From Chrysomallon squamiferum (lineage: Eukaryota; Animalia; Mollusca), in contig CM022676.1 in assembly GCA_012295275.1 (NCBI GenBank), forward strand, positions 2,356,001-2,420,000: a DNA stretch of 64,000 nt, in the 5' to 3' direction. Shown in pieces: positions 41,815 through 54,593 of the stretch (positions are counted from its first letter, which is position 1; each line of letters opens with the position of its first letter). The notes beneath the pieces were generated by a model, which searched no databases, was not told where the DNA came from, and saw only the letters and a program-made list of their open reading frames with translations. Made by a program: the position numbers and the translations under genes.

Positions 41815-42041
41815 GTAAGATTACATTTTAATTGGTTTTAGAATGAAAATCATTGCTGTATGGAACCATTGTTATGTGTAACCTATAACAAAATTGTTTT
41901 AAAAGGAAAATGAATTAAAATGATTTAATGGAAGAAAATAGCAGCGACTATAACGTTGTTATGTCCAGTTTCAACTTGTTAATCTCATGTTTTGCCATTT
42001 GCTGTATTATTGGATTACGTAACTGATAAACTTGTTTTTAG

Positions 42042-42082
42042 TGTCAGTACTCATGCACTTAGACGTTACCACTGAAATTCAA
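42042..42082 (+). CDS. Stalk micro-exon MSVLMHLDVTTEIQ
   Basis: 41 nt, tttttag acceptor and gtacgt donor. Paralog of 10494-10534. Confidence 0.5.
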
Positions 42083-42572
42083 GTACGTTTAATTTTGTTT
42101 GTAACAACAGCCCTTTGATTTCTGATTCAAGGCGTCAGCACATTCAGTATATTTTTATTTAGTTTCTTTTTATTGTGGTAACGAAAAACGTCATTTATAT
42201 TGTGAAACAGATACTGAGTCGCTCAAGAAGAAAATAGAAAGAACAAATTGTTTTAAAAGCTTCGGCAACAGTTATTTCCGCTTTCAAGCTCTGATCATTC
42301 ATCAGTGTGTTGGTTATTTTGTTTTAATAGAAAATATTATCTTCTTTAATTTATTAATTCTTTATCAATCTTATTAGAAATTTAATTCGTGCTTAATTTA
42401 GGTTAAACGCATAGCTTTAATTATTCAACTAGCTAACGTAATATTCTACCCTTATAACCTTCTTAATTTTGAATAAATGATCAAGCTACTAAAATAATTT
42501 ATTTATATGAATTAATAAAATCTTTTACTTTTTATATTTTTATACTATCATTACCTCCGTGAAATGCATTTA

Positions 42573-42661
<89 letters not shown>

Positions 42662-43271
42662 GCTGTTCTTGTTTTTGTTGTTGTCGGTATTGTTGTTGTT
42701 ATTTAATAAATTTAATCTTAAAATCTCTTTAAATGTCAAATGTTTTACAAAGGATTGTGACATAGTTATTTATAATTAGACAGGAAAATATTTAACAGTG
42801 GACAAAAGTAATTATTTATAATATTTATAAAGCATAAATAGATTATATGTTCTAAATTCTGTTTTCTTCTCTTTCTCCTTTCTTATACTTTCTTCTCTCC
42901 TTCCATTTGTGTATTCTCTCTTTCATTTTCATGTTATTTCGTATCTGCTTTCTTGCAGTGCTTGACTAGCGCCTTGTATTTAAAATAAAACAATAACATC
43001 TCCTGTTGAGTGTGCAACAACTGTCTCGATATGTGCAGACCATTCAACAGTTTATAAAGATTATTTACAGTTAAAAAAACTAAGTCAGTGCTTTAATCGC
43101 AGATTTTATTTGTTAGATTTTACAGTAGACTAGGGGAGACAACAATCACAGAGGGTATAGTTTCTTTATGTCACCGGTCACATGACCCGTAATTTACATC
43201 CTGTACAAAGCAACTAGGATCTAGCTCGCTGTTACACGTCTTCTTCTCCGTTGTTCTTAGATTGTTTAACC

Positions 43272-43326
43272 ATGTCCACAGTAATCACTGTTATTTTATT
43301 AACAAGTTTAACATTAACTTCAACTG
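43272..43326 (+). CDS. Outer leader exon (unit F)
   Basis: MSTVITVILLTSLTLTST+G, gtgagt donor. Confidence 0.8.
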
Positions 43327-43906
43327 GTGAGTTTTACTTTATTTGTTTTTGTTTATTTCTAAATAACTATAACACTTGTCTTTCACAGACATGTCGATGA
43401 GACGATGAAGTATTTTATAAATAGGTTTTTGAACTGATTTCTTTTTTATCTGTTAGTGTTGGGAGTCTTATATTTATAGTTCGCGATGTTTGTGATGTCA
43501 TTTTAGCTGAGTATTTTTATCGGAATGTATCTGTGTAATGTACATGCGATGTTATCTGACTCATGTCGCAATATATATTCATGTGTGTGTGTGTGTATGT
43601 GTGTGTATGTGTCTGTGTGTGTGTGTGTGTGTGTCGTCTAGACCAGGAAGTATTATATAAAGAGGTTTTACCAGTGATTTTAATTTGTCAGTTCACTGTT
43701 TGGTGGTCTTATATTTATAGTTCTCGCGTTGTTGCTATATTTTTATAGATGAGTGTCTTTATCAAAATAGATCTGTGTAATATCGATGTTAACTCTATGA
43801 TGTGCATTGCATGTTACATCTGTAATGTATGTATAAACATTTTATGAGTGAAACTATGACAAAAAGTGTAATATATATATATAGTTTAGATTTAAAATGT
43901 ATGTTT

Positions 43907-43963
<57 letters not shown>

Positions 43964-45424
43964 CTATATGACGCAAATGTGTATATATGTATATATATAT
44001 ATATATAGTTTAGATTTGAAATGTATGTGTAAACATGTCCACAATAATCTGTTATTTTATTAACAAGTTTGACGTTGACTTCAAAATCTAGGATTGAGTT
44101 TTGATCTCTATCGGAATCCAGGAAGTGTTTCATAAACAAATGTAACAGCTCAGTTTTACTTATCGTTCTCTTTTATCTAATTGTTACCATCTAATATACA
44201 TGCGGTCTCGTCTATACATTTGTTGAGAAGTATTAGTGATTTTGTTTTCTCTGAATCCTACGTCAAAATTCTTTCTTTACATCATCTTAAGGTCAGAAAT
44301 ATTTGATGTATGAACCGTAATGAGTAAGTTAACGTGGACAATTTTAATTATTTCCTAGTCGGATAATGAATTGTTAATTAATGAATATGTTTAAAATATA
44401 AATAATGATGATGAAGTGCATGTTTATTAGATTTTGAAGTGGTTTGTTTAAACATGTTTTATTTACAGGTGACAATCAGCCCACGTCCCATTTAAGTAAA
44501 ATAATAAAGAAAGAAAGAAAGAAAGAAAATGTTATAAAAGCTTTTTTTTATTTCCCTTATTGATGAGACGCTCTGATCGTTCTTTTATGTGTGTTTTTTA
44601 TTTAATGTATTATTTTACATACTTTTTGTTCCGTTTCATTAATTCACTAATTTTTATTTATATTTATAATTTTTACTTATTCTTCTTAGTGATTTAATTG
44701 GTGCATCTTTACATTAACTATGTTTTTCTTATTCAGCTGGAAAACTTAAATCTCTACCATTTAAGAAATATTAAATTTAATTTTAATTAAACAAAATATC
44801 CTCACCTTACCATTAAAACTTGTTTTAAATTGAATTAACAGAACGCTACTCTGAAGATTTTTTAAAATATTGATCATATTATGATCAACATTTTAAAGAT
44901 TTCCAATTCTTGTTTGCTTTTTTAAAAAACAAACTAGCGAAGCAACACATTCCACGTGATGTTTTTTTTTTGGAATGTGTGTTTTAAAATAAATTTGAAC
45001 TATGGATAGGACATTGTTATTTATACTGAGATTTGAAATTGTTTAACAGTGGACAACAGTCATTAGTTATAATATTTTTAAAACATAAATAAATTATACA
45101 TATAAAAGTAATCTCTTTTCTGTTTCTTCTTGCTTTAACGTTCTTCTTTCTTTCCTTTGGTTTTCTTCTCTCCTTCATTTTCATGTTATTTTGTATCTGC
45201 TTTCATCCAGAGTGTGACTAGCGCCCTCTGTTTAAAATAAGACAATATCATCTGCTGTTGTGTGTCTAACAAATATGTCAGAATGTCCGCACCATTCAAC
45301 AGTTTATCAAGATTAATTAATGTTTTAAAACTAACTCTCGGTTAAATAGCCGATTTAATTTGTGAAATTTTCGGTAGAAGATGGGAGACAAGATTCACAG
45401 AGGGTGTACTTTCTTTATCTCACT

Positions 45425-45436
45425 GGTCACGTGACC
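45425..45436. promoter_or_regulatory. Palindromic E-box GGTCACGTGACC (CLEAR/USF-type) upstream of the inner leader
   Basis: 85 nt 5' of the ATG. Identical at 51304-51315 and 61054-61065. Confidence 0.5.
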
Positions 45437-45520
45437 CATAATTTACAACCTGTACAAAGTAACTAGGGAGTAGCTCGCTGTTAGATTTCTTCATTTAAAT
45501 TTTTCTTAGATTGTTTAATC

Positions 45521-45575
45521 ATGTCCACAGTAATGACTGTTATTTTGCTAACAAGTTTAACACTGACTTCAACTG
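45521..45575 (+). CDS. Inner leader exon (unit F)
   Basis: MSTVMTVILLTSLTLTST+G, gtgagt donor. Confidence 0.85.
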
Positions 45576-46598
45576 GTGAGTTTTACTTAATTTGTATTTG
45601 TTTATCTCTAAATACAAGTCTTCGGTTTTGATCTATCGAGAAATACAGGAAGTGTCTTTTTTTTTTTATTAATGCGTTTAACAAATTAATTTTATTTATC
45701 ATTCTATCTTCTCTAACTGATTGTATGTAATGTATATCATATACACGTGAGTGGATGTGTGTGTGTGTTTGGATGTCTGGGTGTGTTTCTGTATATTTTG
45801 TTTACCAGTTTAACATTGACTTTTACTTTTGTATTACTATTGTATATTGACATATTACATATTGACTAGACCAGGAAGTATTTTATAAACAGGTTTATAA
45901 ATGATTTTTAGTTTGGATAAGTGCAGTGTTGGGTGCCATATATTTTTAGTTCTGGAATGATTGTGTTATATTTGTAGCTGATTATCTCTATCAAAATGTA
46001 TCTGCTTCAGGTACATGCGATGTTATCTGACTGATATTGCAGTATATTTATACCAACATTCAGACCGTTACATTATATAATATATTTTTAAAATATATGT
46101 GAAATATATTTGTATTGTGTGCATGGCTGTGTCTCTCTGTCTGTCTGTCCTTTTCTCTATCTATCTGAGTGTATCGGCGTGTGTGGAAATATCATCATAT
46201 TACTCTCGTCCATTATACTTTCCTCTTAAATACTATGTTTTCATTTACATTTTATTTCGAAAAATGTTTTTATTCTATTATTAGCCTTTTGCATTTTAAA
46301 CAGTCTCCTGAGAATATTATTGTTTCAATTGTTTTTCTTTCAAATTTAGTGCTTTAAATTTATTTAAATACATTACTAATCTTTTATTCTATGAATTTAA
46401 CTTTCAAAGATTCTTCACTTTCGGTACATTATGTGATGAAATATTTGAAATATGGAAGGAAACTCTTTAAATTAAAATTAAATGTTTTCTTCTGATTTAT
46501 ATGATAAACGTATTATTCAGATTAAGAAATATATAACATTGACATTGAAAACGTTTACTACATTTTAAAGTTATTTCTTTGTACATGTTTACTTACAG

Positions 46599-47000
46599 GT
46601 GAAGCCGCAGAACTGACAATCAGCCCACGTCCTGTTTATGAAGGAGTTCCTGTCACAGTCAGATGTAGTCTTGGTAACATCATCAGTCAGGTTGATTTCC
46701 TTAATTCTGTATCAGTGAGCAGAAAACTTCTCAGCAATCCCAGTACTAGTGTTACGATAGCTTCTGCTATCACTATAAACAATGGAGGTAAAGCTGTTTT
46801 AAAAGATGTAAACAACTTTGGATCTAGAGCGACAGTGACAGGAAAGTCTGACAACAATGACAAATCAGGATCTTTTGTCCAGATTCAACTGACAGGAATG
46901 ACTTGCAGTGATTCAGGAGAATATTTCTGTGGAATTGGTTATATCACACTTGCTGGTAATCCAGATACCTCTGAAAGTTCTGATAACATCACCATTCTAA
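46599..47000 (+). CDS. V-type Ig domain exon (unit F, C exon deleted downstream)
   Basis: 402 nt, open, canonical sites. DSGEYFCGIGYITLAGNPDTSESSDNITIL. At ~47381 the intron jumps to post-C sequence. Confidence 0.9.
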
Positions 47001-48431
47001 GTAAGTGAAAACATGATTTATTTTTTAGGAGTTGTCGTGCATTTAGGAATTTCATTTCTGTTCTTGTTGATCATGTAACTTTACCAACGAAAGGAAGTTA
47101 AAACTTGGTTATATATAATATTAGTTGTTGACTTATTTGGGTGAATTAACTTGTTCTATTACTGATTATAGAACATCACTAGAGAAAGTAAGTGAAGATG
47201 CCATTTCAGATAAAGTGAAATGTTTATGTATTTTACGTCTGTTATTTGTACTTGTGTAAAAATATCTGAGTCAATAACCGAGAAAGAAAATGTTCAACAC
47301 AAACAATTACTTTTCAAAATTATTCGAAAAACAGTATATTTGTATTTAATTCAAAATTCATCTATCTATATCTATATATATCAAGTGTATTGTGTTACTT
47401 TCTTTCCATTTTTCTGTTAATCACTGCAGCTAAGCATCTTTCTGCAGTGTGCAGGTTTCACGTCATATATGCACTTCTGCATGTGTTTCTGCTTTCTTGT
47501 TTGTTTGTATGCTGTATCAATATAAAAGTAATAATTATTTTATTTCTAAATCTCATTTTTATTTTTTATAAATGAAAAGTAGCGTCTTGTTTATGTATAA
47601 ACAATGTTAATGCTGACTCATTTCAGTATAAAATGTAACTTGAACGTACCAGGACAGTAGATCATAAAGAATTAGATTTCAATTGGTGCTGACGTATACA
47701 TAATATCATATGAATCACTCTAATTATTGCTGTGTTATTCATCGGGTAAAGATAATTGTGAAATGACGGATTTATATTTTTGTAGTGTGTTGACCGTGCA
47801 CAATAATGTCTATTACAACATAAATATTTTAACATTTACCTCAGGAAGTAAAAAAAAATTCATAATCATTTATTTCTCAACACTTTTTGTGTTTTTATAT
47901 TACAGAAAAGCTCATCAAACGAGGTAGTCTATTTGTAAATTTTCCCATGTTGATTTGTAATTTTTATTTATTTATTTATGTGTTTTTTTTTTTTTCATAG
48001 GCTTTGTGTTTATTTTACACTGAAAGTAAGTGTTGGTATTAATAGTAATATGACATTTTTGTATTTTAGTCTGCATTATAGATACTACGATATCTTTATT
48101 TTATGATATTTGATGCTGATAACTTTACAAGTTTGAAACTCGTGGTTTATACCGCTTAGTAAGCTTTACAGTTACTCCTAAATTTATAAGATTTAGATGT
48201 AATAATGAGAATAGCTGTAAAAATAAAGATAATACAATCTATATATGTAACGTCTTAAATAATTATTTTGTCAACACATCTTTACAGTGAAGTTGATTTT
48301 GTTTACCTTGAAGTTGAAAATTAATTTGCCTACACGGACTAAACAATTATATGAGTCAATTATTGTGATAGTATATTCATGGATGGTATTGACTTGTTTT
48401 ATAATAATTAATTATAGGAACATCTTTCAAG

Positions 48432-48578
48432 CCATCTACAAAGTCTACAGAGATTGCTGAGTCATCGACTGTAAAAGGAAATACAACCGATTGTGAATGT
48501 AACAAAACTGCTGTAACTGCTGTTGCTGTAGTCTCTTCTGTGTTACTCGTCGTAGTCAGCGTTTTCTTCGTCGCATAA
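48432..48578 (+). CDS. Stalk/TM exon with mutated donor, reading to a stop
   Basis: PSTKSTEIAESSTVKGNTTDCECNKTAVTAVAVVSSVLLVVVSVFFVA*. Has gc|ataagt where the 9514 paralog has gt|gtaagt. Confidence 0.65.
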   Translation, partial: PSTKSTEIAESSTVKGNTTDCECNKTAVTAVAVVSSVLLVVVSVFFVA

Positions 48579-48677
48579 GTCTGTGAAACGGTGAAGCAGT
48601 GTTGTCTATCTTTTCCTCTCTACAGTAGTCTACCAACATGTCTGTCTGTCTGTTCGTATTTTTCCTTACATATCCAA

Positions 48678-48708
<31 letters not shown>

Positions 48709-48999
48709 TGGATATATATGTGTACAGATAAATAAATACATAGATAAATTAGACATACATACTTCTCACGTAATTACATCTATCTATGTATCTCTCTATC
48801 TATATGTATACCTAAATCTATATATGTATTTAACCTCAAAAATTCCGTGTCTTATATATCGAAGATGTCAAACCTATGGTTGTTTTTATGTTAAATAATT
48901 CTTAATAAACCATCACGAGATTCATATTTTCAGTAGTGGAGGGCTAATTTTTTATTATTTTTTCTTAAAGTTTTGTCTGTTTCGTTTTCATGTTTTTTC

Positions 49000-49370
49000 T
49001 TTGTAGTATAATTAACATTATCAACAATATTTATTTTATGTCTGCATTATTTGGTGTTTTAAATGTGTAGTAGAATTAATTGTAGCCAGGAGATTTATTT
49101 TATATCTGCATTGCTTGCAGTTTTATATTCTTAGAATCATTAATTTTACAAATTAGATTTATTTTATATATGTATTGTTTGTTCTTTATATTTGTAGTAT
49201 AATTAATATTAATAAGGTGATTTATTTTATATGTGTATTGTTTGTAATATAATTAATATTAACAATGCCATTTATTTTAAATCTGTATTATTTGTAGTAT
49301 AATTAATATTAATAATGCCATTTATTTTATATGTGTAATGTTTGTAGTATAATTAATATTAAGAAGGAGA
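49000..49370. repeat. Degenerate ~50-bp minisatellite
   Basis: gtagtataattaatattaa..atttattttatat repeats. An inverted homolog lies at ~7560-7720. Confidence 0.7.
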
Positions 49371-49908
49371 TTGTATAAAGTAAGAGCAAAGTTTCAAGTT
49401 CCTTTCCTATTATCTCAATGTAAATGAAAGTGAAACTTGGGGTGTGGAATCCCCAGCTTGTCTTATCTCTTTTTTTCTTGAGATGCCACATTTACTTTTA
49501 AAATATTATCTGTAGTACATATTTTCATGGATATGTGGGTTTCAGTGTAGAAACAAAGACAAACTTATAAAACTTAATCAACATAGATACATTCGAAAAA
49601 CTTGATTTTTGTTATTACTTATTATATAACAAAGTAAGGGAAGAGTTTATAATATTAGATAAACGCGTTTGATGTATGTGAAAAATGTCGTTTGTTATAA
49701 TTGATTTTCTAAACTTACCATTGAAAATAAGTGAAGGCGTGATTTTTATATAATATGATTTGGTGATGTACTTCAGCAATTTTATTTCTCTTATTTATGA
49801 TTGTTTAAAATCTGACAGCAGATAAAAAAATATAAAATACTAAAAACGAACATTTTTAACAGAACAATTATTTTTAAAAAGTTTATAGAATTACTGAAAA
49901 TCACAATA

Positions 49909-50029
49909 GAGAATAGAGGAAATTCTCTTTTAACACACACTGTATCTCTCAGTGAGAACACACGAATGTTCAGATGCATTGTGGGTAACAACGAGCTGTA
50001 TTCTGCAAACTTTACCATCACCACTCAAA
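49909..50029 (+). pseudogene. 3' fragment of a C2/I-like Ig exon
   Basis: ENRGNSLLTHTVSLSENTRMFRCIVGNNELYSANFTITTQ with no acceptor. Abuts the palindrome arm start. Confidence 0.8.
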
Positions 50030-51399
50030 GTAGGAAGTGTTTCATAAACAAATGTAACAGCTCACTTTTACTTATCATTCTCTTTTATCTAATTGTTACT
50101 ATGTAATATACGTGCGGTCTCGTCTATACATTTGTTGAGACCTATTAGTGATTTTGTTTTCACTGAATCCTACGTCAAAAATTATTTCTTTACATAATCT
50201 TAAGTCAGACATATTTGAAATATGAACCGTAATGAGTAAGATAACGTGGACAATTTCAATTATTTCCTAGTCGGATAATGAATAGTTAATTAATGAATAT
50301 GTTTAAAAAATAAATAATGATGATGAAAAGCATGTTGATTAGATTTTGAAGTGGTTTGTTTAAACATGTTTATTTACAGCTGACAATCAGCCCACGTCCT
50401 ACTTAAGTAAAATAATAAATAAATCAAGAAAGAAAGAAAGAAAAAGTTATAAAAGCTTTTTTTATTTCCCTTACTGAGACGCTCTGATGGTTCTTTTATG
50501 TGTGTTTTTTATTTAATGTATTATTTTACATAATTTTTGTTCCGTTTCATTAATTCACTAATTTTTATTTATATTTATAATTTTTACTTATTCTTCTTAG
50601 TGATTTAATTGGTGCATCTTTACATTAACTATGTTTTTCTTATTCAGCTGCAAAACTTAAATCTCTACCATTTAAGAAATATTAAATTTAATTTTAATTA
50701 AACAAAATATCCTCACCATACCATAAAAGCTTGTTTTAAATTGAATTAACATAACGCTACTCTGAAGATTTTTTAAAATATTGATCATATTATGATCAGC
50801 ATTATAAAGATTTTCAATTCTTGATTGCTTTTTTAAAAAACAAACTAGCGAAACAACAAATTCCACGTGAAATTTGAACTATGGATAGGACATTGTTATT
50901 TATGCTGAGATTTGAAATTGTTTAACAGTGGACAACAGTCATTAGCTATAATATTTTTAAAACATAAATAAATTATACATATAAAAGTAATCTCTTTTCT
51001 GTTTCTTCTTGCTTTAACGTTCTTCTTTCTTTCCTTTGGTTTTCTTTTCTCCTTCATTTTCATGTTGTTTTGTATCTGCTTTCATCCAGAGTGTGACTAG
51101 CGCCCTCTGTTTAAAATAAGACAATATCATCTTCTGTTGTGTGTCTAACAAGTATATCAGAATGTCCGCACCATTCAACAGTTTATCAAGACTAATTAAT
51201 GTTTTAAAACTAACTCATGATTAAATAGCCGATTTAATTTGTGAAATTTTCGGTAGAAGAGGGGAGACTAGATTCACAGAGGGTGTAGTTTCTTTATCTC
51301 ACTGGTCACGTGACCCATAATTTACAACCTGTACAAAGTAACTAGGGAGTAGCTCGCTGTTACATTTCTTCATTTCCGTTGTTCTTAGATTGTTTAACC

Positions 51400-51454
51400 A
51401 TGTCCACAGTAATCACTGTTATTTTATTAACAAGTTTAACACTGACTTCAACTG
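51400..51454 (+). CDS. Inner leader exon (unit G)
   Basis: MSTVITVILLTSLTLTST+G, gtgagt donor. Confidence 0.85.
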
Positions 51455-52478
51455 GTGAGTTTTACTTAATTTGTATTTGTTTATCTCTAAATACAAGTCT
51501 TCGGTTTTGATCTATCGAGAAATACAGGAAGTGCCTTTCTTTTTTATTAATGCGTTTAACAAATTAATTTTATTTATCATTCTATTTTATGTAACTGATT
51601 GTATGTAATGCATATCATATACACGTGTGTGGATGTGTGTGTGTATGTGTGTGTTGTGTTTTTTGTGTGTGTGTGTTTGGATGTCTGGGTGGGTTTCTGT
51701 ATATTTTGTTTACCAGTTTAACATTGACTTTTGTATTATATTGACTAGACCAGGAAGTATTTTATAAACAGGTTTATAAATGATTTTTAGTTTGGATAAG
51801 TGCAGTGTTGGGTGCCATATATTTTTAGTTCTGGAATGATTGTGTTATATTTGTAGCTGATTATCTCTATCAAAATGTATCTGCTTCAGGTATATGCGAT
51901 GTTATCTGACTGATATTGCAGTATATTTATACCAACATTCAGACCGTTACATTATATAATATATTTTTAAAATATATGTGCAATCTATTTGTATTGTGTG
52001 CATGGCTGTGTCTCTCTGTCTGTCTGTCCTTTTCTCTGTCTCTCTGATTGTATCGGCGTGTGTGGAAATATAATCATATTACTCTCGTCCATTATACTTT
52101 CCTCTTAAATACTATGTTTTCATTTACATTTTATTTCGAAAAATGTTTTTATTCTGTTATTAGCCTTTTGCATTTTAAACAATCTCTTGAGAATATTATT
52201 GTTTCAATTTTTTCTTTTTTCAAATTTAGTGCTTTAAATTTATTTAAATACATTACTAATCTTTTATTCTATGAATTTAACTTTAAAAAATTCTTCAGTT
52301 TCGGTACATTATGTGATGAAATATTTGAAATATGGAAGCAAACTCTTTAAATTAAAATTAAATGTTTTCTTCTGATTTATATGAAAAACATATTATGCAG
52401 ATTAAGAAATATATAACATTGACAATGGAAACGTTTACTACATTTTTGAGTTATTTCTTTGTACATGTTTACTTACAG

Positions 52479-52880
52479 GTGAAGCCGCACAACTGACAAT
52501 CAGCCCACGTCCTGTTTATGAAGGAGTTCCTGTCACAGTCAGATGTAGTCTTGGTAACATCATCAGTCAGGTTGATGTACTTAATTCTGTATCAGTGAGC
52601 AGAAGACTTCTCAGCAATCCCAGTACTAGTGTTACGATAGCTTCTGCTATCACTCTAAAGAATGGAGGTAAAGCTGTTTTAAAAGATGTAAACCACTTTG
52701 GATCTAGAGCGACAGTGACAGGAAAGTCTGACAACAATGACAAATCAGGATCTTTTGTCCAGATTCAACTGACAGGAATGACTTGCAGTGATTCAGGAGA
52801 ATATTTCTGTGGAATTGGCTATTACACACTTGATGGTAGTCCACATTTCTCTGAAAGTTCTGATAACATCACCATTCTAA
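52479..52880 (+). CDS. V-type Ig domain exon (unit G)
   Basis: 402 nt, open. DSGEYFCGIGYYTLDGSPHFSESSDNITIL. Confidence 0.9.
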
Positions 52881-53350
52881 GTAAGTGAAAACATGATTTT
52901 TTTTTATGAGTTGTCGTGCATTTAGGAATTTCATTTCTGTTGTTGTTGATTATATAACTTTACCAACGAAAGGAAGTTAAAACTTGGTTATATATAATAT
53001 TAGTTGTTGACGTATTTGGGTGAATTAACTTGTTCTATTACTGATAATAGAACATTACTAGAGAAAGTAAGTGAAGATGCCATTTCAGATAAAGTGAAAC
53101 GTTTATGTATTTTACGTCTGTTATTTGTACTTGTGTAAAAATATCTAAGTCAATAACCGAGAAAGAAAATGTTCAACACAAACAATTAATTTTCAAAATT
53201 ATTCGAAAAAAGTATATTTGTATTTAATTCAAAATTCATCTATCTATCTATCTATCTATATATATATATATATACAATTAACATTTATAAACTGAACTAA
53301 ATTACAGAAAAACGCAGTGTTTATTTATTTCGTTTATTTATCTGTTTCAG

Positions 53351-53683
53351 CAAAGCCAGGTGAAATTGAAATGATCGTTACACCAAGAAAGGAGTTCAGC
53401 CCCTACGTTGTCAATGAAACTGTAGAGTTCAGGTGTAATGGAAATGTTGGTAACCCAGCAGAGTCGTGGTTGTGGCAGTGGAAGTACGCTAGTGACATGA
53501 AGTGGATGTCGTATCCATACACAGACAAAATCAAATATGACCCACCTAGACTATCTGGGTGTGAGAACAGAGGAAGTTCTGTTTTAACTCACACTGTATC
53601 TCTCAATGACAACGCACGAATGTTCAGATGCATTGTGGGTAACAAGGAGCTGTATTCTGCAAACTTTACCATCAATACTCAAA
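53351..53683 (+). CDS. Intact C2/I-like Ig exon (unit G)
   Basis: 333 nt, tttcag acceptor and gtaagg donor. VEFRCNGNVGNPAESWLWQW...DNARMFRCIV. Confidence 0.9.
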
Positions 53684-54538
53684 GTAAGGTTTAATTTTAA
53701 TTGGTTTCAGAATGAAAATCATTGCTGTATGGAACAAACCATTGTTATGTGTAACGTATAACAAAATTGTTTTAAAAAGGCAACTGAACTGAAATGATTT
53801 AATGGAAGAAAATAGCAGCTATTATTACGTTTTTATGTCCAGTATCAACTTGTTAATCTGTATGTTGTGCCATTTGTTGAAGAAACCAGCTTATTCGATA
53901 ACGTAACTGATAATCTTTATTTTTTATTTTTTTTGGTTTCCCACTGAAATTCAAGTAAGTTTAATTTTGTTTGTAACAAGGAGACTTTGATTTCTGTTTC
54001 GGGTGAGCACGTTTAGTATATTTTACATTTAGTGTAATTTGATTGTGCTAACGAACAACGCTGTTTATATTGTGAAACAGAGACTGAGACGCTCAAATTG
54101 TGATATATTTTTTATTCATGAAGTTTACTTACATATTGTTTATATCTAATAAAATACAAATCACCTAGTTGATTAGATCAAAACTACATTATTGTTATCA
54201 AATAAATACACTTCAGAAATTTATTCATTTAACTCAATTAGGTTAAACTCAGTGCTTTAATTATTCAACTAGCAAAGGTAATGTTCTATATTTAACCTTT
54301 TTAATTAAAAAAATATATATCAAGCTACAAAAATGCTTTAAAAAAAACTAAGTCAGTGCATACATAGTATATTTTATTTGTTAAATTTTACATTAGACTA
54401 GAGGAAACAACAATCACAGAGAGTATAGATTCTTTATGTCACGGTCACATAACCCGTAATTTACACCCTGTACAAAGCAACTAGGATCTAGCTCGCTGTT
54501 ACACGTCTTCTTCTCCGTTGTTCTTAGATTGTTTAACC

Positions 54539-54593
54539 ATGTCCACAGTAATCACTGTCATTTTATTAACAAGTTTAACATTGACTTCAACTG
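54539..54593 (+). CDS. Outer leader exon pointing into the palindrome centre, no V downstream
   Basis: Intact 55-nt leader. The upstream E-box is altered to ggtcacataacc. Confidence 0.7.
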
